Positions 16,266 through 24,800 of a stretch of 42,813 nucleotides of DNA are shown here, one piece after another (position 1 is the first letter of the stretch; every line of letters starts with the position of its first letter). The position numbers were made by a program, and so were the translations under genes. The notes beneath the pieces are model-generated. The model was not told the origin of the DNA and did not search any database. It saw only the letters and a program-made list of their open reading frames with translations. Origin of the DNA: Methanobacteriota archaeon (GTDB lineage: Archaea; Thermoplasmatota; Poseidoniia; Poseidoniales; Poseidoniaceae). The DNA lies in NCBI GenBank assembly GCA_002726845.1, contig PBSP01000019.1:1-42813 (forward strand), read 5' to 3'.

Positions 16266-19069
16266 CACTTGTCACCTCCCATTTGCCGTTGTTCTTTTTT
16301 CAACCAGGCTTTGCCTGCCAAACCGAGTTCTGCCAATTGTTCAGGAACGGGTTCAACCGCTGATTTCCAGCCTTCTACTTGATCTTCAAGCGGTTGGTCT
16401 GGATCGAAGCCAAACAAGACTCCATTCACATACGCACTTGTATCCTCACTGCGCTGTCGGCGGCGATCTCGTTCTCTGTGTTGGGTTCCTCGCTCAACAA
16501 GCGTCTGTTGGAGCAGGCTGTGTTCAAGTCGTGGAGATGGTAATTCGGTTGCTTCGATACCGCCGAGTGACCTCGTCTTCGATGAGATTGCTTTCCATAC
16601 CACATCCATTGAAAGGGGCAACGTTCGAATGCGAACCCCAATCGCATCGTAAACTGCGTTTACAACGGCAGGGAGGATGGGTAAAAGCGGCCCTTCTCCT
16701 GCTTCTTTTGCACCAAACGGTCCCTCAGGATCGGAGGACTCGATAATAATCGGCGTCACATGCGGCATTTCATGGACCGACGGAATTTTGTATTCCAAAA
16801 GATTTGGATTTTGCAAATGGCCTGTTCTTCCATAGACCATCTTTTCAGAGAGGACTTGCCCAAGCCCCATGTGGCACGATCCAATAATCTGCCCCTCCAC
16901 AGCAAGTGGATTCAAGGCCTTACCACAATCATGAGCAGCCCAGACATTGGTACAGGAAACCAACCCCGTCTCGACATCGACATCGACCTCAGCGACGTAG
17001 GCTGAGAAGGAATATGCCGGCGCCAATCCAGCAGCAGCGCCCTTGTGTACACCACCCATTGGCGGCGAACGGTAGGCTCCGCTCGAAATCAATGAACCCT
17101 TGTCTTCTTGTGCCTTGTGAAGTGCTTCGAGATAGGACACTCCAACCGCTGGGTCGTGCTTGTAGTAGATTCTTCTGTCGTTCAAGACCAAAACATCGGG
17201 ATGGTAACCCAACATCTCCCAAGCAGCATTGAGCAATTTTTCTCGGATATCGAGTGCCGCACGAATCGCAGCATTCGCGTTCATGAACGTGACGCGACTT
17301 GAATACGAACCCAAGTCGACTGGACTGGTATCGCTTTCATGAGAACGCACGTGAATCATTTCAATGGGTAATGCCAGTACCTCGGAGACGACCTGTGCAA
17401 CCGCTGTGGTCGAACCTTGCCCGATGTCTGCTGCACCGGTATGGACTGTGACCCCTCCGTCCATGTCGATTTGGATGTGTACTGTTGCATGTGGAAATCG
17501 GTTTGGATCCCAGTGAATCGGTAGACCTGAACCTGAAATAAAGAATCCACAGCCGATTCCTATGCCTTTACCAAGCGGTAATTGACGGAATTTTTTGTCC
17601 CAATCCGAGCCTTCACGAACGCGCTCTAGGGCTTGGCGCATTCCGTTGGACGTGATTCGAAAACCAGAAATTGTTCGGCTGTGTGGAGGCAAAAGATTTG
17701 CAAGACGAAGATCGATGGGGTCGACCTGCATTTGTTCGGCCATTTCATCAAGTCCAACCTCTACCGCACATCGAGTGTTCACAGCACCGTGTCCACGCAT
17801 TGCTCCGCTTGCAGGTTTGTTGGTCCAAACTCGAGCGCCCGTGTAGTGAAACGAACCCAGTTCATATGGAGCGGTGGCAAGGACCCCGTTGTAGTAAGAA
17901 GTCACGTGTCCGAAAGAAGCAAACCCACCACCATCGATGAGTGCATCAATATCAAAACCTGAAATTCTGGCCTCATCGTCAGCTGTCATTTTGACCTCAA
18001 TGTAACTTGGATGGCGGCCTCTGTTGATCCAATACACCTCTTCGCGACTGAAGGTGATACGGACAGGCCGACCTGCTTTACGGGAGAGGATAGCCGCACA
18101 CATTTCGTGTGGGAACGGATCGGATTTTCCACCAAAACCGCCGCCCACAAAGGTACGAATGACATTGATTTGATGCATTGGTACTTCCAACACCGTCGAG
18201 AGGGCTCGATGTGCGTAATGAGGGACCTGCTGAGGAGTGTAGAGTTGAAGACGCCCGTTCGGATCCCAGTGAGCTACAACAGCATGGGGCTCAGTAAAAC
18301 CGTGATGGACTCCTTCCATACGCCACTTTCCGTGCGAGGATGCGGTTGGGTCCGCAACAAGACTTCGATCTCCAAACTCCTGGAAAACACGTTTTTGCAC
18401 GTTTGTTGTACCAACGTGATACTTCCCCCTCCAATGGATGGGTTCGTCCTGATCTTCCAGGCCTTTTCTTGGATCAAAGACCGGGTCGAGAACTTCCCAC
18501 TCAATTTCGAACAGATTCAGCGCTTCCATTGCAGTTGCTTCATCAACTGCTGCAACACAAGCAACGAGATCACCAACATGGCGGACTTTTTCCACCGCCA
18601 TGGCGTGCTCATCCTTTGTCACCGGTAAAACACCGAATGTGTTTGGAGCATCTGCACCCGTGGCAACAGCCAGAACACCAGGGAGTGCTTCCACTTTGGA
18701 AGTGTCAATCGATTTGATTTTGGCGTAGTGATACGGGGAGCGGAGAATCTTTCCAATGATTTCGTTTTGCAAGCGCACGTCATCGCCGTACCACGCTTGT
18801 CCCGTAACCTTCGCATACGAATCGACCAATGCACGGGGTTTCCCAACTTCCGTACCGGTTCGATAACGATCGTGAATATGGGAACCTGCGGGTTGTGGCT
18901 CTTTCCCTCCTACTGATTCTGGGATTGAATCGAGATCACGCGGCCCCATGTTTGGACGGGAACCACCAGAGCCTGGTGGAGGAAATTTTTGCTTACCAGC
19001 AACTCGCTTTCCGTCCTTGCGCGTTTCTCCTGACGAGGCCCCTGGTTGTTGACGATACCCTCCCGCCAT
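16265..19069 (-). CDS. molybdopterin-binding large subunit of XDH/aldehyde oxidase-family enzyme, with N- and C-terminal extensions
   Basis: It starts at the ATG at 19069, 6 nt downstream of a GAGGTG box (19076-19081); the GTG at 19078 is the track start. It has VTGQAWYGDD, VGGGFGGK, GAMRGHG, ADIGQG and AKEAGEGPL (conserved catalytic-Glu context) blocks. There is no AYRCSFR/AYRGAGR CODH loop. Its stop shares one base with the downstream ATG (TGATG). Confidence 0.9.
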   Translation of the reverse strand: MAGGYRQQPGASSGETRKDGKRVAGKQKFPPPGSGGSRPNMGPRDLDSIPESVGGKEPQPAGSHIHDRYRTGTEVGKPRALVDSYAKVTGQAWYGDDVRLQNEIIGKILRSPYHYAKIKSIDTSKVEALPGVLAVATGADAPNTFGVLPVTKDEHAMAVEKVRHVGDLVACVAAVDEATAMEALNLFEIEWEVLDPVFDPRKGLEDQDEPIHWRGKYHVGTTNVQKRVFQEFGDRSLVADPTASSHGKWRMEGVHHGFTEPHAVVAHWDPNGRLQLYTPQQVPHYAHRALSTVLEVPMHQINVIRTFVGGGFGGKSDPFPHEMCAAILSRKAGRPVRITFSREEVYWINRGRHPSYIEVKMTADDEARISGFDIDALIDGGGFASFGHVTSYYNGVLATAPYELGSFHYTGARVWTNKPASGAMRGHGAVNTRCAVEVGLDEMAEQMQVDPIDLRLANLLPPHSRTISGFRITSNGMRQALERVREGSDWDKKFRQLPLGKGIGIGCGFFISGSGLPIHWDPNRFPHATVHIQIDMDGGVTVHTGAADIGQGSTTAVAQVVSEVLALPIEMIHVRSHESDTSPVDLGSYSSRVTFMNANAAIRAALDIREKLLNAAWEMLGYHPDVLVLNDRRIYYKHDPAVGVSYLEALHKAQEDKGSLISSGAYRSPPMGGVHKGAAAGLAPAYSFSAYVAEVDVDVETGLVSCTNVWAAHDCGKALNPLAVEGQIIGSCHMGLGQVLSEKMVYGRTGHLQNPNLLEYKIPSVHEMPHVTPIIIESSDPEGPFGAKEAGEGPLLPILPAVVNAVYDAIGVRIRTLPLSMDVVWKAISSKTRSLGGIEATELPSPRLEHSLLQQTLVERGTQHRERDRRRQRSEDTSAYVNGVLFGFDPDQPLEDQVEGWKSAVEPVPEQLAELGLAGKAWLKKEQRQMGGDK
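16273..16279 (-). promoter_or_regulatory. Shine-Dalgarno box GGAGGTG, 7 nt upstream of the FAD-subunit ATG at 16265
   Basis: Plus-strand cacctcc at 16273-16279, inside the 3' end of the large-subunit gene. Confidence 0.6.
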
Positions 19070-19074
19070 GAACT

Positions 19075-19677
19075 TCACCTCGCATGACCTGGTGGCATTG
19101 ACGGTTCTTCTGGCCCCATTGGGTGGGGATTCGGGTGCGGATTACTCGCAGGAGCTAAAGCAGGTGCTTCACCTCGTTTGATGGCTGCAGCGGCCTCAAT
19201 CGAATCAATGATTTGCTGATAACCCGTACACCTGCAAAGATTCCCCTCGATGGCACAGGATATTTCGTTTCTGCTGGGATTTTTATTCACTGTAAGAAGC
19301 GCTTCAGCACTCATTAGAAATCCCGGTGTGCAAAATCCACATTGCGAACCGCCATGTGTTGCAAAACAGGTTTGAATTGGCGCAAGGTGTGCACCTTCAG
19401 CAAGCCCCTCAACCGTAGTGATGTTTTGACCTTGAACTTGACCTGCCAAGCAGAGGCAAGAGAGGCGAGGCTCTCCGTCGATCAGAACTGCACAACATCC
19501 ACAAGTCCCTAAATCGCATCCACGCTTAACACCCAACATTCCAACTTCATCGCGAAGAACATCAAGCAGAATCGCATTGGATGGTGCGATTGCTTGCTTC
19601 ATTTGACCGTTGACGACTGCAGACCAAATCGTATGTGCTGCAGGAGGGGTCATCTTGACGTATTCTTCACCCACCAC
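19075..19677 (-). CDS. [2Fe-2S] small subunit of XDH/aldehyde oxidase-family enzyme
   Basis: 200-aa ORF with GCDLGTCGCCAVLIDG...SCL and QCGFCTPGF...NLCRCTGY cysteine clusters. It has a Pro-rich C-terminal tail (NPHPNPHPMGPEEPSMPP). The track start is a GTG at 19677; an ATG alternative lies at 19653. Confidence 0.9.
   Translation of the reverse strand: MVGEEYVKMTPPAAHTIWSAVVNGQMKQAIAPSNAILLDVLRDEVGMLGVKRGCDLGTCGCCAVLIDGEPRLSCLCLAGQVQGQNITTVEGLAEGAHLAPIQTCFATHGGSQCGFCTPGFLMSAEALLTVNKNPSRNEISCAIEGNLCRCTGYQQIIDSIEAAAAIKRGEAPALAPASNPHPNPHPMGPEEPSMPPGHAR
19076..19081 (-). promoter_or_regulatory. Shine-Dalgarno box GAGGTG, 6 nt upstream of the large-subunit ATG at 19069
   Basis: Plus-strand cacctc at 19076-19081; overlaps the small-subunit stop codon. 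Confidence 0.6.
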
Positions 19678-19743
19678 AAGACTCGCCCATCCCTGATTTG
19701 AAGGCTCCTTAGATGTATTTAGCGTTTTATTGATTTAGAACGG

Positions 19744-21753
19744 TTATGACCCTTCATCTATAAACGGATTTTCGATAATATCAGCATCCACAACGTCATC
19801 GACCTCTGAATCGAGCAAAGCCCTCAGATCCTTCCCAGCGAGCGTACCCTCTTCTTTGTTTGATATGGTGGATATTATCAGAAGTGCCACCAAGAACACC
19901 ACTATACCTGCAATGGAAATCCCGATCAGTGCATTCGTCGAGATTCCGTCAGATGCGGTAGTGCCCAGTGGGATTGTGCTGTTGTCCATGACCATGACTT
20001 CTACGGTCATGAGCGGTGATGCCGTGTATACGTTGTCTACGAATTGTATCGCTCGCAGCGAGATGGTATGATTGTCCAAAACGTCGACTCCTGGAATCGT
20101 TTCAAGTTTCTTGTTGATGTCCGTAAGCAACAACTCTCCCGTTGAATCACCTTGTCGGAAATTTACAATATCCGCCCATGTGTCATTGAGGTGATTTGTG
20201 GTCCATTGTGCATTGAATAAGCCCTGACTTGCTTCGAATTCGATGGAATCGCCTCGCATCAAATGAATACGGTTGTCGAGAGTCGCTGGCGTTGTGACTG
20301 TCAGGTTGAGGTCTTTGTTGAAGGTATACTCGAGCTCGGCAGCCCACATGAGTGCGTCAAGGGCTCGGATCTCTCCGTGACCGTAGACGTTGTTTTGTCG
20401 GTTTTTCGGAATCAAGTCTTCTGCGCACGGTTCATTTGCAAACATGTAATGGCATTGCCGATAGGTTGCGGATTCCTGCATAATGTTTCGTAATTCCAAA
20501 GGTCGTAATTTCGGATTGGATTGCAACATTAGGGCTGCGACACCGGCAGCACCAGGAGTGGCCATACTCGTTCCGCTGAAGGCAACATAGCCGTCTCCTG
20601 TGTTGTGAGCAACCGACATAACGTCAGAGCCCACAAAGGCGAAATTGGGTTTTATGCGACCTTCTTCGGTTGGTCCTTGGCTACTGTAAACTGCAATAGC
20701 AGAATCCTTGTCGAGTGCGCCGACTGTTATCGCATCTTCTGAACTGCCTGGTGTGCCGATTTGGCCGGATACACCGTTGTTACCTGCTGCAATGAAAAGC
20801 GCAATACCGTTTTCCACCATCGTGTTTGCATAACGGTTCACACTGTCTTCTTCTGATGAGGTCCACTCAATTGCGCCAGGACCACCAAGACTCATCGATG
20901 CAACACGAATGTTGAATTGATGACGCTTCTCAACCGTCCACTCCATCCCTGCCATCACTGTGGCAAAAGAACCGCTTCCACCAGCATCGAGGACTTTCAC
21001 TCCAACTAGGGAGGCTTGCGGAGCCATTCCTGGGTGGTCGTAATTTGGAGCCCCGGTTCCAGCAGTTGTACCTGCACAATGAGAGCCGTGGCCTTGATCG
21101 TCATAAGGGAACACCTCGGTACCGTTTCTCAGCGAAGGATTGTTGACGGGGTCATAGAAACCAATGATTTTCGGGTCATGCGTGGCTGGGTCGTCGTCTT
21201 GATCGTCAAGACCCGAATGGTTACCGTCAATTCCAGTGTCAATGATTGCAACTGTCGTGCCTGAACCGTCGTAACCTGTTTCAACCCAAGCAGTGTCAAC
21301 ACCGTGAAGCACTGCAGCATCACCGTTTGTAACGGTGAGAATACCATCAAGCTCAATCATGACTACACCAGGTAGTTTGGAAGCTTCCAGTATGTGTTCA
21401 ACAGGCACACGTCCTGCAAGAGCATCGATGCCTTTGAGAGTCCATTGGTGGCGGTAGTCGACGTTCTCTTCCAACATTTGAATCTCAGCATCACCCGGTG
21501 TAAACGAAAAATCGATGATTAGCGGAAGAGTGTTTTCATCATCAAGGAACAGTGGATGTTTTTGATGTACTTCTACCATATCACCGATTCCGTTGTCGTT
21601 TCGATCAACGGTCGTATCAACCCACCATCCTTCTTCTGCGGGTTCCTGGTCGGATTCGACAGGCACTGTAGCGAAAACAGTAGGTAAGATAAACATCGCC
21701 AAACAGAGGATTGTTAGTACAAAAGTTGGCTTCTTCAAGCGGCTCATAGGCAT
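19744..21753 (-). CDS. secreted subtilisin-like serine protease (S8), C-terminally membrane anchored
   Basis: Trimmed to MPMSRLKKPTFVLTILCLAMFILPTVFA (ATG at 21753). The Asp/His/Ser triad contexts are IAIIDTGIDG, GHGSHCAGT and SGTSMATPGAAG. An extra domain of about 200 aa is followed by a TM helix (ALIGISIAGIVVFLVALLIISTI) and an acidic tail. Confidence 0.85.
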   Translation of the reverse strand: MPMSRLKKPTFVLTILCLAMFILPTVFATVPVESDQEPAEEGWWVDTTVDRNDNGIGDMVEVHQKHPLFLDDENTLPLIIDFSFTPGDAEIQMLEENVDYRHQWTLKGIDALAGRVPVEHILEASKLPGVVMIELDGILTVTNGDAAVLHGVDTAWVETGYDGSGTTVAIIDTGIDGNHSGLDDQDDDPATHDPKIIGFYDPVNNPSLRNGTEVFPYDDQGHGSHCAGTTAGTGAPNYDHPGMAPQASLVGVKVLDAGGSGSFATVMAGMEWTVEKRHQFNIRVASMSLGGPGAIEWTSSEEDSVNRYANTMVENGIALFIAAGNNGVSGQIGTPGSSEDAITVGALDKDSAIAVYSSQGPTEEGRIKPNFAFVGSDVMSVAHNTGDGYVAFSGTSMATPGAAGVAALMLQSNPKLRPLELRNIMQESATYRQCHYMFANEPCAEDLIPKNRQNNVYGHGEIRALDALMWAAELEYTFNKDLNLTVTTPATLDNRIHLMRGDSIEFEASQGLFNAQWTTNHLNDTWADIVNFRQGDSTGELLLTDINKKLETIPGVDVLDNHTISLRAIQFVDNVYTASPLMTVEVMVMDNSTIPLGTTASDGISTNALIGISIAGIVVFLVALLIISTISNKEEGTLAGKDLRALLDSEVDDVVDADIIENPFIDEGS

Positions 21754-21842
21754 GCGAACAAATACTAGGGTTTGAACTCTTTCAATCCGGGTGTAAATTT
21801 CCTCCCCTAAAATGATACCAAAAACCCAAATGCTGGGTGTTA

Positions 21843-21850
21843 TTTTATAT
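21843..21850 (+). promoter_or_regulatory. candidate archaeal TATA box TTTTATAT, about 33 bp upstream of the ATG at 21880 (leaderless-type spacing)
   Basis: It lies in the 126-bp divergent spacer between the S8 protease and the giant membrane protein. No SD precedes the ATG at 21880. Confidence 0.3.
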
Positions 21851-21879
21851 TGGAATCCTAGTATGGTCAATCGATTCAA

Positions 21880-24800
21880 ATGCCCGCACCAAAGAGGAAG
21901 GTCAGACAAACGGTATCGATAGCCAAAGACGCCATTTTCGCCAAAGAGGACGAAGAAATTCCATTCGAGCCCATCATAGTCAGAGCACCGGGAGATACCA
22001 AGGGAGATTCTCTTGAACGCTTTGCGGAAATCATCATGTTTGGTGTGGCGATGATTGCGATTTGGTCAGGCCTCATCGGAATCGCATATTCTGAAGGTGG
22101 AGAAGAGCGGTACATTATTCTCTTCATCGGTGGCCTTATTTCTTCCGCTATTGCCCTTTTCATGGTCGAATTGCAAGCCAAAAAGAACGACTACCATCTC
22201 ATGATTTCACAAAATTATCTCCTCGGTCTTGCGTTCTTTTTCATGGCTGTTGGGACCCTTTGGGGTATTCGCTATCTAGGCGGTTATTTTTCTCTCCAGG
22301 AAATTGGAGGTCTGGATTTTATGGGCAGCAACACTGGAAATGAGTTCACGCCAGGCCCGAACATGATTTACGCTCAAGCCTCGGGTGCGGTCGCTATGTG
22401 GTTCATTCACCGACGATTACTTGATCGCTACAAAGGCAATACAACCTTTGGATGGGCTGTTGCAACCTACATACCGCTCGCACTGGTGCTTGTTGGAGTC
22501 GGAAGATGGATTGAGTATACCAACCATGAGGTCTCTTACGAACTGGGAATATCGATTGTCAGTCTTTGTGGTCTTTCGATGTACAGTGCATTAATGTCGA
22601 ACAAATCGATCAATTTTGCTGTCGTCAGTGTCGTATCGGGTATAATTCCACTCGTGTATGAAATCCTCAACGAAAATGCTCCTGCCGGAGGAGAAGGTGG
22701 CGCGCTCTCTCTCTTGGTTTACATCGTCATCATTCAAGGCTCTCTCGCTGGCAACGAACGCATAAAACAAAGCCTAGCAGAGAAAATGTCGTTTTTCATG
22801 ATCGGTACTGTCGTGCTTTCGATGTTCGTCGCAAGTGTCGCGCAATTAAATCTCATCCTTGGACCCTTCAAGCCGGCTTCGCTGAGTGGAGACGCCGCAT
22901 CTCTGGTAACGCTTCCAGTAGCGTTGTGGATTACTGTTCTATGTGCCTACTTCCCCGCGACTCACAAAAACAGAGTACCTGCTATGCCAATCGGTCTTGC
23001 CTTTGCATTATGGACACTGACCGGCGATGGCGCCATTATCCCTTGGATTTTGTCCCTCATCATGATTTCATACATGCTCTTCAAGGCAGAAGCAACCCGT
23101 CGATGGGTTGCCGATCTTACCGTATCTGCCTTGTCGTTTTCGTACCTCTTTAGCGACCGAATGGGCGATATTGACGGAGTCGTATTTGGCATTACTCAAC
23201 CTGAAATGGCCCTTACAGTCGCCATGGGCATTGTCGTCATCTCGGAGACGGCTCGACGCATGGAGAAAATTTCAACATGGAGCAGCGCCCAATCCGTTCT
23301 CCTGATTGCATTAAGTTCAACGATTTTAGAGGGCTATTGGTTTGCACCTTGGATTTTCATCATCTATTTGCTCGGTATGGTCTACGAATCGATGCTCAAT
23401 GCTCGAAACGGTGGGGAAATCGAACGCCGAAATTCAACGATTGCTCTCGTTACCACCTTGTTTGTCAGTTCAGGATTGCTTCTCTTAGAGAAACTCGAAA
23501 TCCCTGATTCTTATCAAATCGCAGAACTCAATGGTCTTTCGCTTGAATACATCCTCCTCGGGGTTATCGTTTACATCCTGTTTAACACGGTTCGGGATGT
23601 CGAACTTGACATTGGTATTTTATTGCGCTTGCTCGAAAGTACAGCATCAGGTTCGTACAAATACGACGCAGAAACCAACGCTTGGATACAAAAAGATCAG
23701 GATGAAAATGAAGTGGATGATCAAGACAGATCGTTTGGCTCAATCGGACGGATTTCACTTGCCTTCTCGTTGCTGACCATCACCATCGGAATCAGTACGC
23801 TCGATTCACAAACGGTCGTTGACAATTACTGGGTAATTGGATTGTACATGATACCAATCGGTATGTTGTTTTGGGAAATCAATTCGATGGACGTTTTGTC
23901 CTCGCAAAGCCGAATGATTGGTGCAGTCATGCTGTTGATCATCGCTGCATCCTCTTTGGTCCTTATGTTGGATGTGAGAAGCTCTCTCGAGGGAGATGGA
24001 CTGTTCAAAGCGGGAATCGTGTACGATACCATGTTCCTTGCGGCTCCGATCGCCGCTTTTGTTCTAATCAATAAACGCGGCCTTGATCGAGAGCACCTCG
24101 ATCGCACTGCTGATCAGGTAATGTTGTGTGTCCTTCTCTTGATTGGAATGATGGACCAATCGGGTGGTTTGTTGTTGGTCAGCATGTATGTTCTGGTTGC
24201 TCTCATCGCTGGCCAATACCGTCACCACGGCGTTATGATGTTGGCACCGCTCTCCTTGATGGCGTTCCTTTGGTTTGATGACAACAGCATCGCTGCTGAA
24301 TTGTTGGGTTCGTATTACGACAATCAGGCGGCAGCCCTTTGGTTCACATCGGTGAGTGGAATGATCGTTTCAGCACACATGTTGATGCCGATTGCATGGA
24401 GCATCCGTGAGGTGCAGACCAAAAACGACTCTGAGAATCCGTTCCCTTGGTTTATTCCAATGATTTGGTTCCTTCTTGGTGCTTGGGCGCTACTTCCAAC
24501 CGCTTCGTGGTTACCGTTAATTGCGTGTCTGTTCGGTCTTCTCATGGCTTGGGTACGCGGTGACATCAATCTCATCCCAATGCTCTCAATCGGTCTCATC
24601 TTCTCGTTCATCCTCGGTTTGTCCGATGGAGGAAATGACACCGGCGGAGATGTTTTCGGCATCTCGATGGTCCTTTCTGGCGCCATCATATACGGCCTTT
24701 GGGTTGCGAATTCCAAAGGCATCCTTTCAATGAATGTCATTGATGAAGAACGATTGAGCAAATTGATGCCATATTCTCTCGACGCACAATTACGAGTCAT

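Noticed and set aside
16183-18717. Antisense ORFs inside the molybdoenzyme genes (187 aa at 16183..16746, 205 aa at 18011..18628, 125 aa at 18340..18717 and others)
   Set aside because: They lie entirely within strongly supported minus-strand genes. Their translations have no recognisable motifs, and their lengths are typical of chance open frames opposite long genes.
15288-19677. Possibility that the S-L-M genes encode an aerobic carbon monoxide dehydrogenase
   Set aside because: The large subunit has GAMRGHG where form I/II CODHs carry AYRCSFR/AYRGAGR. I therefore call it only an XDH/aldehyde-oxidase-family enzyme of unknown substrate.
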